Below, piece after piece: positions 17,833-25,596 of a DNA stretch of 26,779 nucleotides. A program made the translations under genes and the position numbers. The notes under the pieces are model-generated. The model worked only from the letters and a program-made list of their open reading frames with translations, made no database searches and was not told the origin of the DNA. The stretch's first letter is position 1. Every line of letters begins with the position of its first letter. Source of the DNA: Candidatus Buchananbacteria bacterium RIFCSPLOWO2_02_FULL_46_11b (GTDB lineage: Bacteria; Patescibacteriota; Patescibacteriia; Buchananbacterales; UBA6539); the NCBI GenBank assembly GCA_001817615.1, contig MHIR01000023.1, positions 5,313 to 32,091 on the forward strand, read 5' to 3'.

Positions 17833-18005
17833 GTTTTCACCTCCTTTCTTTACATCGCGAATTACGCCAATCCGCCCTCTGACTTCGCTTGAGGCGGCGC
17901 TAATCGCGCGAATAATATTCGCGCCTTATCAGCGGGCCGCGAAAGCGGCCAGAAGCGTTATTGGCGAGAAAATCAAATTATTTTAAGCGATTAACACTTA
18001 AAAGC

Positions 18006-18016
18006 ATTATACCACA
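18006..18016 (-). promoter_or_regulatory. Extended -10 promoter for the pilin
   Basis: TGTGGTATAAT on the minus strand, ~170 nt upstream of the ATG. Confidence 0.65.
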
Positions 18017-18117
18017 AAATCAAATAAAGAGAAATAAGCTTATTGGCCGCGGAATTTCCAGGCAAATCCTTATCAGCTGATAAAGGCCGGCCAGCGGCCG
18101 GCTATTTACGCGCTCCC

Positions 18118-19323
18118 CTACATGCCCAAAGCCAAACTGTACATCGGCAAAATTACCGCGGCAAACAAGACGCCAACCGCCACCCCCATGACCGCGATGA
18201 CCAAAGGTTCAATCAAAGTCACCAGATTTTGGACCATATTATTCACTTCCCGGTCGTAAAAACCCGACAATTTTTCCAGAATATCTTCCAGCCGGCCGGT
18301 TTTTTCTCCCAAATTCAGCATCTGGGAAACCATGACCGGCATCTCTTTGCTTTGCAAAAAAACAGTGGCAATAGAATTGCCCGCTTCCACTTCCGCCGCG
18401 GTTTTTAAAATCAAATCCCGAAACACCATATTGCCGACCACGTCGGCGGCGATATTCAAGCTTTTAGTTAAAGCGATCTGGCCGGCGATTAAAGTATGGA
18501 GACTGCGGGTAAAGCGCACTAAAATTATTTTTTGCGCCAAGGCGCCGAAAATCGGCGCTTTTAATTTGAAATTATCCCATTGCCGCCGGCCTGGCCCGGT
18601 TTTAATCAGCAGCCGAAAACCAATCCCCAGGCCGATTAAAGCCAAAAGCGCCAGCCACCAAAAATTGGCTAAAAATTCGCTGACCGCTATTAAAATTTTA
18701 GTGGCCAGGGGCAATTGAACGCCGCTTTCTTTAAGCGCGCCGGTCAGCTGGGGCACGACCGAAATCATCATAAACGCGCCGACCAGGCCAAGGCCGGCAA
18801 TGATAAAGCCCGGATAAATCATGGCGCCGCGGATGCGGGAAATCAAATCATAGTCTTTTTCCATTTGATCGGCCAAATATCCCAAGACTTCTTCCAATTT
18901 TCCCGAAGTTTCGCCGGAACGGATGATATTGATGAAAAAATCGGAAAAAACGCCCACGTGGCGGCCTAAAGCGGCCGAAAGCTTGGCGCCGCCGTCAACA
19001 TCATCGGCTACTTCCGAAATGATTGATTTTAAAGTCGTTGATTCGGTTTGATTGGTTAAAATCCGCAAACCCTGGACTAAAGGAACGTTGGCCGAAACAA
19101 TGACGGATAATTGCCGGCAGAAAAAAACCAGGTCTCTGGTCTTGACTCGGTTCAAAAAGTCCAAAGAACTCTCAAGAAAACTGATTTTTTCTTCCTTTAA
19201 AGAAAGGATGGTCAGGCCCTGATCCGAAAGCGTCTCGCCGGCCACTTCAAGCGAAGCGGCCTGAATCATGGCCTCAACAATCTGGTTATTTTTATCCGCG
19301 ACTTTGTAGCGAAAGTAAGGCAT
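18118..19323 (-). CDS. pilC: Type IV pilus inner-membrane platform protein (GspF family)
   Basis: Two GspF repeats (RSGETSGKLEEVL; GEKTGRLEDILEKLSGFY...LIEP). Start reassigned to the ATG at 19323 (MPYFRY). Confidence 0.95.
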   Translation of the reverse strand: MPYFRYKVADKNNQIVEAMIQAASLEVAGETLSDQGLTILSLKEEKISFLESSLDFLNRVKTRDLVFFCRQLSVIVSANVPLVQGLRILTNQTESTTLKSIISEVADDVDGGAKLSAALGRHVGVFSDFFINIIRSGETSGKLEEVLGYLADQMEKDYDLISRIRGAMIYPGFIIAGLGLVGAFMMISVVPQLTGALKESGVQLPLATKILIAVSEFLANFWWLALLALIGLGIGFRLLIKTGPGRRQWDNFKLKAPIFGALAQKIILVRFTRSLHTLIAGQIALTKSLNIAADVVGNMVFRDLILKTAAEVEAGNSIATVFLQSKEMPVMVSQMLNLGEKTGRLEDILEKLSGFYDREVNNMVQNLVTLIEPLVIAVMGVAVGVLFAAVILPMYSLALGM

Positions 19324-19325
19324 AG

Positions 19326-19413
19326 GAAAGAAACAAGAGACAAGAGATAAGAGACAAAGGATTCTCTTTTTCACTTAAGTAAGAGCGCAACCTAGAAAAC
19401 TTGCCGCTTGTCG
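19326..19413. repeat. GACAAGA heptamer element between the receiver gene and pilC
   Basis: aacaaga-gacaaga-gataaga-gacaaag (19332-19359) with a short complementary arm cttgccg-cttgtcg (19400-19413). Confidence 0.6.
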
Positions 19414-19419
19414 CTAAAG

Positions 19420-19794
19420 TTAAATCAAGTATTGCTTAATCTTCTTGACCACCTCTGACGGCATAAAATGGGCTTTGATCAGATAATCATTGGCGCCCAA
19501 ATCCAGGCCTTTTTTAACCTCGTCTTTTTGGCTTAAATTAGTCAAAAGAATCACCGGAATATTTTTTAATTCCTTGTCCGCTTTCATGGCTTTAAGAATT
19601 TCAAAGCCGTCTTTGCGCGGCAGGATAATATCCAGTAAAATCAAATCCGGCTTTTTTTCCTTGATCATTTTCAGGCCCTTTTCCCCGTCGCCGGCCAAAC
19701 TAATTTCATAGCCTTCCAATTTCAGCTTGGTGGCGTAAAGTTCGGCCAAGAATTCATCATCTTCCACGAGTAAAATTGATTTTTTATCCGCCAT
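19420..19794 (-). CDS. Single-domain response regulator (CheY-like receiver)
   Basis: ILLVEDD, PDLILLDIILP (phospho-Asp), VILLTN, DYLIKA; no output domain. Start at ATG 19794. Confidence 0.93.
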   Translation of the reverse strand: MADKKSILLVEDDEFLAELYATKLKLEGYEISLAGDGEKGLKMIKEKKPDLILLDIILPRKDGFEILKAMKADKELKNIPVILLTNLSQKDEVKKGLDLGANDYLIKAHFMPSEVVKKIKQYLI

Positions 19795-19826
19795 AGATTT
19801 GCAAATCAAGCGCTTTAATAATTTTT

Positions 19827-19884
19827 AATCAGGAATCAGGAATTATGAATACTTCGTGAAACATTCCTAATTCCTAATTCCTAA
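19827..19884. repeat. AGGAATC/ATTCCTA heptamer inverted-repeat element between pilB and the receiver gene
   Basis: aatcagg x2 plus a degenerate unit facing attccta x3. Confidence 0.7.
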
Positions 19885-19887
19885 CCG

Positions 19888-21618
19888 CTAAAGCTGGGCG
19901 ACCCGCAAGATTTCGTCAACTGTGGTTAGTCCCTGCAGGGCTTTCAAAAGGCAGTCCTGGGTCAAGCTGATGAATTGATCTTTTTCCAAAACTTTTTTAA
20001 TGGCCGCCGTGTTGCCGCCGGCATTGATAATTTCCCGAATTTCCGGGGTGACATTGATGATTTCGGCCACCGCCACCCGGCCCTGATAGCCCAAATTGCC
20101 GCAATGGGCGCAGCCCTCGCCTTTGTAAAAAACCGGTTTTTCAAAATTAATCCCGGCCAGATATTTCGGCGGGATTGAGGCCGCCATTTCTTTGACTCTT
20201 TTTAACATCGGCGCCGAAATCGCGGTTTCTTTTTTGCAGTCCGGACAAATTTTTCGCGCCAGCCGCTGGGCAATGACCATATTGATGACGGAAGAAAGCA
20301 AAAACGGTTCCGCCCCCAAGTCCACTAAGCGCGGCACGGCGCCGAGGGCGTCGTTGGTGTGCAGGGTGGAAAGAATCATGTGGCCGGACAAGCCGGCGTG
20401 AATCACCATTTCCGTGGTTTCCCGGTCGCGGATTTCGCCCAGCATGACGATGTTGGGATCCTGGCGCAAAATCGCCCGAAAGCCGGAAGCGAAATCGTAG
20501 CCGATATCCTGATTGATCTGCGACTGATTGACGCCGTCAATATAATATTCAATCGGGTCTTCCAGAGTAATAATATTCACGCCTTCGCGGTTAAGCATGG
20601 TCAAGATCGTATACAAAGTCGTGGTTTTGCCCGATCCCGTCGGCCCGGTCAGTAAAATCATGCCGTGCGGCCTGGTAATTGATTGCTTGATTAGTTCAAT
20701 ATAAACCGGATTAAAGCCCAGCTGCTCCAGCTGGGGCACTTGGGCGGTCGTATCCAAAATTCTCAATACCGTTTTTTCCCCTTCAAACAGCGGCAAGGTT
20801 GAGACGCGAAAATCAACCTGCCGGCCTTCAAAAGTAATCCGAATCCGGCCGTCTTGCGGCTTTCGGGTTTCGTCTAATTTTAAATTCGCTAAAACCTTGA
20901 TCCGGGCGGTAATCGCGGCATGGATATATTTGGGCAAAACCAAAGAAGTGCGCATAATGCCGTCAACCCGGTAGCGGATCTGGGTATCTTTTATGGTGGG
21001 TTCAATATGAATATCCGAGGCCCGGCCTTCAATCGCGTTTTTCATGATGACTAAAACGATTTTGGAAACCGGCGCGCTTTTAACCACTTCCTCCATCTGC
21101 CGGCTTTCCAGAGTTTGGCCTTCAACCGCCCCGGGCTGCTCTTCAAAACCCGCCAAGGCCTGCTCCACTTCCTCGCCCATGACCTGGTATTGGCGCAAAA
21201 TCGTTTTAAACCCGCTGGGCGCAATCAAAAAATATTTTACCTCCCAGCCGGCTTTTTGGGCTAAAAATTCTATGGCTTCCAGCGCCTTGAAATTCTGGGG
21301 ATCAACCAGGCCGATGCTAATCTCATGGCCGTTTTTTTCAAAGGGAATCATCAGGTAATTTTCCGCGACTGGCCGGGGAATCAAGTCTAAAACGGCCCGG
21401 GGAACCAGCCGGCCTTTTAAATCGGCAACCGGCATTTTTAAAAGTTTGCCTTTGATTGCCGTTAAACGATCTTCGGAAATCAAGCCCTGGCTGACAAGCC
21501 AATCCTCAATCGGCCCTTTGGCCGCCGCGGCGTCTTTGGCAATCGCCGCGGCCTTTTCTTTGGTTAAGGCGCCGTCGGCCACTAAGGCATTGATGAGTTT
21601 ATTTTGATTTTTATTCAT
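19888..21618 (-). CDS. pilB: Type IV pilus extension ATPase (GspE/PilB)
   Basis: ASDIHIEP, Walker A GPTGSGKTTT, TLEDPIEY, LRQDPNIVMLGEIRD, TLHTND and a tetracysteine motif; N-terminal MshEN/GSPII-like region. Confidence 0.95.
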   Translation of the reverse strand: MNKNQNKLINALVADGALTKEKAAAIAKDAAAAKGPIEDWLVSQGLISEDRLTAIKGKLLKMPVADLKGRLVPRAVLDLIPRPVAENYLMIPFEKNGHEISIGLVDPQNFKALEAIEFLAQKAGWEVKYFLIAPSGFKTILRQYQVMGEEVEQALAGFEEQPGAVEGQTLESRQMEEVVKSAPVSKIVLVIMKNAIEGRASDIHIEPTIKDTQIRYRVDGIMRTSLVLPKYIHAAITARIKVLANLKLDETRKPQDGRIRITFEGRQVDFRVSTLPLFEGEKTVLRILDTTAQVPQLEQLGFNPVYIELIKQSITRPHGMILLTGPTGSGKTTTLYTILTMLNREGVNIITLEDPIEYYIDGVNQSQINQDIGYDFASGFRAILRQDPNIVMLGEIRDRETTEMVIHAGLSGHMILSTLHTNDALGAVPRLVDLGAEPFLLSSVINMVIAQRLARKICPDCKKETAISAPMLKRVKEMAASIPPKYLAGINFEKPVFYKGEGCAHCGNLGYQGRVAVAEIINVTPEIREIINAGGNTAAIKKVLEKDQFISLTQDCLLKALQGLTTVDEILRVAQL

Positions 21619-21630
21619 GGAAAAATCTTA

Positions 21631-21660
21631 ACCCCGTTAGAAATTTATTTCTAACGGGGT
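21631..21660. repeat. REP-like palindrome upstream of pilB
   Basis: Perfect 14-bp inverted repeat accccgttagaaat / atttctaacggggt with a 2-nt centre. Confidence 0.8.
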
Positions 21661-21672
21661 AAATCTCTTGAA

Positions 21673-21984
21673 TTACGGGGTTAAACCGGGGAAAAAAGAA
21701 ACCGGTATAAACGGATTGCTCCGGCCGAGATTGCCCGGCGCCACCGGCAAATTCGGCGGCTGGCGCAATTTATCATAAGGATATTTCTTGGCAAAATCCA
21801 GATTAAATTCCGTTTTAATTTCGGGAATGTTTAAAACATTGACCGGCAAAGGACCGATCACCGCCGCCCATTTGGCGGCCAAAAAACTGCCGTAAAACAA
21901 ATAGCCAATCGCTAAAAAAATCACGGTTAAAACGGCAGTTAAAATAATTTTTTTCGGGCCACTGATTTTTTTTAAGACCAGCAT
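21673..21984 (-). CDS. Small single-TM protein in PilP position
   Basis: N-terminal TM helix and C-terminal GRSNPF motif; lies between pilO and pilB. Confidence 0.6.
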   Translation of the reverse strand: MLVLKKISGPKKIILTAVLTVIFLAIGYLFYGSFLAAKWAAVIGPLPVNVLNIPEIKTEFNLDFAKKYPYDKLRQPPNLPVAPGNLGRSNPFIPVSFFPGLTP

Positions 21985-21987
21985 ATT

Positions 21988-22608
21988 TTATTCAGGCAAG
22001 TAATAAGTAAGCAACGTCAGGCTGTATTTGGACGATTGCGGCGTAAAATAAACCGCTTCCACGTCAAAGAGCCGCAAATTCTGCTCCAAAGACGACAAAA
22101 ATGACTTTAAATTTTCATAGCCGGTCGTCTTGCCGCCCATTAAATTTACGCTAATTGATAATTTTTTGACGGCGCTTGAGGCCGGCTTTTTCTGTTCGGC
22201 CGCGGCCGCGGCCGCATCGGGCAACTCGCTGATAGTCAGGCCGGACAATAAAAAATTATTTTCCTCGGCCAAGCCCTGCAGTTGCGCAAACAGGCCGGAA
22301 AAATCCTTGCCGGCCGGCAATAAAATCTTTAATTTATTAATTTCCTGCTTATTGATTTTTTTATAGCCGGCGATTAAATCTTTGAGCGTCTTTTCGTAAT
22401 CCGCCCGCTTGGCCTCTTCTTTAAGCAAGGCTTCATAAACCCGCGAGCTGTTGGCTCTCACTTCCTGATATTTGGGCCATAAGAAAAAATAGCCGCCGCT
22501 GGCCAAAATAACCGCGATTAAAACGGCCGTTATTGTCAAATAAAACCGGCTGAACAAGACTTTAAGGTCAATTTTTTCTTTTGTTGGCTGGCTCAAGGGT
22601 TTAGCCAT
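21988..22608 (-). CDS. pilO: PilO-like pilus alignment protein
   Basis: TM helix, coiled coil, then a ferredoxin-like domain (YENLKSFLSSLEQNLRLFDV); follows pilM and pilN. Confidence 0.75.
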   Translation of the reverse strand: MAKPLSQPTKEKIDLKVLFSRFYLTITAVLIAVILASGGYFFLWPKYQEVRANSSRVYEALLKEEAKRADYEKTLKDLIAGYKKINKQEINKLKILLPAGKDFSGLFAQLQGLAEENNFLLSGLTISELPDAAAAAAEQKKPASSAVKKLSISVNLMGGKTTGYENLKSFLSSLEQNLRLFDVEAVYFTPQSSKYSLTLLTYYLPE

Positions 22609-22667
22609 AAAATTATTATTGCCGTTAGCTTTTATTCCGTGCTATTTAAAACAATTAATCAACGGCC

Positions 22668-23774
22668 TTATTTTAGAAAAACATCGGGCGCAAATTCCAA
22701 ATTAATGTTGAATTTTACGCCTTTGTAAACGCCTTTTTGGGCGTCAATATCGGCGGACGCCGAATCAATCCTGACGGTTTGAATGAAGTCTTTGGCTTGC
22801 TCAAAGGCTAAAAACTGCTTGGCTAAAGATTTATAGTCCTTGCCCACCGCGGAAATGACTAATTTGTCTTTGCCGGCCATGGAAAAATTCATATAATAAA
22901 CCTCGTCAATGGTGTATTTCTCCAAAAGACGGAAAAAATCAGTCCAATAGACATGCTTGGCCAATAAATCTTTAATCAGATTCAAGCGCTTCTGCAAATC
23001 CAAAGCTTCCTCTTTTTCTTTTTCCAAGCCGGCAATTTCCCGATCCAAAGAAGCGACTTGCTCTTTGGCCCGGCTGATATCGCCCTGAACGGTATTTTGA
23101 TAAATGACAATGCCGAAATAAACGCCGGCGACTAAAATAATGGCCGTCAGGCCGGCCAAGCCGCTGATGATAAATTTCCGCCCCAAACCCAAATCTCTCG
23201 TCCCGCCGAAAGCCTGGGCCAGCAAATTAACGCCAAAAACCGCTGGCCGGTCTTTTTTGCCTTTTTCCCCGTTTCTCCCGTTTTTAACCGGTTTAACCGG
23301 CAACGGGGCTTTTTTTTCAACGGCCGGCGGTCTGAAAGCGGGCGCCGCCGAAGCCGGCTTTTTCTCTTCTAAAAGCGATTTCAAGGCGTCTTCCAATTTT
23401 TCGCGGCCCTGATTATTCGGCGCGGCTAAAACCGGCGCGGCCGGCGGCTGGCCGCTGGCGCCAAAATTCCGGGCTTGATTGCCGTTGGCCGCCAGCGCTG
23501 GCTTGGGCGGCCAGGGAGACCGGCTGGGAGGCAAATTGGGTTTTGCCAGGGGCTTGGATTCCGGCTTGGGCCAGGGCGATTTTTTATCTGCCCCGAAGGC
23601 TGCGGGAGGTTTTTTATTTTGCCGGCCAAAAAACCGGCGGAAAAAAGAAGGTTTTTTCTCCTTTGGCGGCTGGGACATTTCAATTTTTACGACCCGGGGA
23701 ATCTTATGGACCGCGGCCATTTCCTTTTCCTCTTTGGCTCTTAATTCGCCGGGCAATAAATTTATTTCGGCCAT
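22668..23774 (-). CDS. PilN-like protein with a long Pro/Lys-rich N-terminal extension
   Basis: EINLLP at the N-terminus, TM at ~aa 200-222, coiled coil, then HVYWTDFFRLLEK and a PilN-like C-terminal domain. Confidence 0.7.
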   Translation of the reverse strand: MAEINLLPGELRAKEEKEMAAVHKIPRVVKIEMSQPPKEKKPSFFRRFFGRQNKKPPAAFGADKKSPWPKPESKPLAKPNLPPSRSPWPPKPALAANGNQARNFGASGQPPAAPVLAAPNNQGREKLEDALKSLLEEKKPASAAPAFRPPAVEKKAPLPVKPVKNGRNGEKGKKDRPAVFGVNLLAQAFGGTRDLGLGRKFIISGLAGLTAIILVAGVYFGIVIYQNTVQGDISRAKEQVASLDREIAGLEKEKEEALDLQKRLNLIKDLLAKHVYWTDFFRLLEKYTIDEVYYMNFSMAGKDKLVISAVGKDYKSLAKQFLAFEQAKDFIQTVRIDSASADIDAQKGVYKGVKFNINLEFAPDVFLK

Positions 23775-23775
23775 A

Positions 23776-23823
23776 GTTAGCTGTTAGCTGTTAGCTGTTA
23801 GCTGTTAGCTGTTAGCTGTTAGC
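23776..23823. repeat. Perfect tandem heptamer (GTTAGCT)x6.9
   Basis: 48 bp ending 1 nt before the pilN-like ATG; related ctataag units at 23891-23907 overlap the pilM stop. Confidence 0.95.
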
Positions 23824-23904
23824 GAATTTTGTCAGAATGTTTATTTATTTGCAAATTTATTTATTTTTAAAAAGGCTCAAATTTCTTCCACTATAAGCTA
23901 TAAG

Positions 23905-25053
23905 CTACTCAATGTCTCTCATGGCCAAGCCGATGGCCACGGCAAAGCGCGGGCCGACTTCGTCCAAAACCGGCTTCAATTCTTCGGGGTAAATCACTCT
24001 GGCCCAGGGATCGCCCAAAAATACCCGCACGCCCAAAAGGCCGGACAAATACTCGGGTAAATTCAAAAGCTGGGACGAACCGCCGGTCAGAATAATTTTT
24101 TCAATGCTTTTTTGGTCCTGATTTTTGTAAAAATCGCTGTATTTCAATTCATCAACAATCGGCGCCAAAGCCTGTTCAATCGTCTTAAACACTCCTCCCG
24201 GCCCGCCTTGGCCCTGGCTTAAGCCGACGTCGTATTTTAATTGTTCGGCTTTGGACAAGCTGACGTTCAGGCTTTTGGCAATCGCTTTCGTGATCGTCAG
24301 GCCGCCGACGTCAAGACTGCGGCTTAAAATCGGAATGCCGTTTACCACCACGGACAAATTAGAAACCACCGAACCGATATCCACGATAACCGCGGGCGAG
24401 CGGTCGTTGCCCACCAGCGAACGGATTAGGGCAAACGGCTCGGTGTCCAGGCTTAATAATTCCAGCCCGGCGGCCTTAAAAATCGCCATGTAGCGCTTGA
24501 CTAAGTCTTTAGCCGCGGCCGTCAATAAGATTTTTGAATGTTTTTTGCCGCTGCCGGATTCAATTTTTTGAAATTCTTTTCTGCCTAATTCATTGGTTTC
24601 GGCGCCGGCTTGGCTTTGGGTAAAAACGGATTTTTCTTCCGCTTGAAACTCCGGGCCGTCTTCCAAAAGCTTCCAGTCCAAAATCATTTCTTCCACGGGC
24701 AAAGGCACGATTTTTTTTGCTTCCCAGACCACGGCCGAGGGCAGATCTTTTTTAGGCATGGGCGGCAGGTTTAAAATTGAACTGAAAACCGAATAGGCGG
24801 GCAAAGAAGTAACCGCCTTATTGGCCGTGGTTTTGGCCTGGCGGCAGACATCTTTAATCAGCTTAGCGGCGGCTTCTTGATTTTCTTGCTTATTAATATC
24901 AGCCGTCTCGGCCAATTGATCCAAATCGCGGTCATAATAGCCGTAAGTCGCCAGTTTCGGCCGGCCCCCTTCGTTTTTCAATTCCACCACTTTGACGCTG
25001 TGGGAATCAAAATCCACGCCGAGATAGCTTTTTGTTTTTGAAAATAATGCCAT
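23905..25053 (-). CDS. pilM: Type IV pilus assembly protein PilM (actin-like)
   Basis: YLGVDFDSHSVKVVEL, EAKKIVP, LDTEPFALIRSL, VDIGS, ILTGGSS, AVAIGLAMR. Confidence 0.95.
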   Translation of the reverse strand: MALFSKTKSYLGVDFDSHSVKVVELKNEGGRPKLATYGYYDRDLDQLAETADINKQENQEAAAKLIKDVCRQAKTTANKAVTSLPAYSVFSSILNLPPMPKKDLPSAVVWEAKKIVPLPVEEMILDWKLLEDGPEFQAEEKSVFTQSQAGAETNELGRKEFQKIESGSGKKHSKILLTAAAKDLVKRYMAIFKAAGLELLSLDTEPFALIRSLVGNDRSPAVIVDIGSVVSNLSVVVNGIPILSRSLDVGGLTITKAIAKSLNVSLSKAEQLKYDVGLSQGQGGPGGVFKTIEQALAPIVDELKYSDFYKNQDQKSIEKIILTGGSSQLLNLPEYLSGLLGVRVFLGDPWARVIYPEELKPVLDEVGPRFAVAIGLAMRDIE

Positions 25054-25088
25054 ATAAAGAGTAATTTTGCGGGATTAACAACAGGCCT

Positions 25089-25480
25089 AAATTCCAAATT
25101 CAAAATTCCAAATCCCAAATAAATCAAAAATTCAAATATTAAAATCCAAAACCTTATTTTTCTTCTTTTTTGCTTTTTTTAAACATTAATTAAGCACCAA
25201 ATCACAAATCTCAAATTCCAAACCCGCCTGCCTCGCCATTAACTTGGATTATTTAATAAACTTTTTAATCCGGTTTTAATGGGTTTATCTATAAAAAATG
25301 TAAACGGCATGGCGGGCAGGCAAATTACAAGCACCAAATTACAAATTCAAAACGCGAAACTAAGTGTTTGGTCCGCCAGCTGGCGGATTGAATATTGTAA
25401 TTTGTTTGGAATTTGGTGCTTGGAATTTGTAATTTCCGCCGTAAGCGGGTTTGGAATTTGTAATTTGGTGCTTGTAATTT
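25089..25480. repeat. Nested AAATTCC/AAATTAC heptamer inverted-repeat complex upstream of pilM
   Basis: Perfect inverted repeats 25322-25348/25454-25480 (27 bp) and 25212-25227/25445-25460 (16 bp), with an internal 16-bp palindrome tccgccagctggcgga (25372-25387). Confidence 0.85.
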
Positions 25481-25560
25481 TTTCTTTATTGATTGTACTA
25501 GATTATTTATTTTACTAAAACACCATTAACCACTCAAACCCGCTTAAATCCCTTGCCTGT

Positions 25561-25571
25561 ATTATACCACA
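25561..25571 (-). promoter_or_regulatory. Extended -10 promoter for the pilM operon
   Basis: TGTGGTATAAT on the minus strand, just after the upstream stop. Confidence 0.6.
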
Positions 25572-25596
25572 CCCCGCCCCAAACCGCCAAATACCC

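Noticed and set aside
23776-23823. Possible CRISPR array (also considered for the other short repeats)
   Set aside because: Units are 7-8 bp and contiguous, with no unique spacers and no cas genes.
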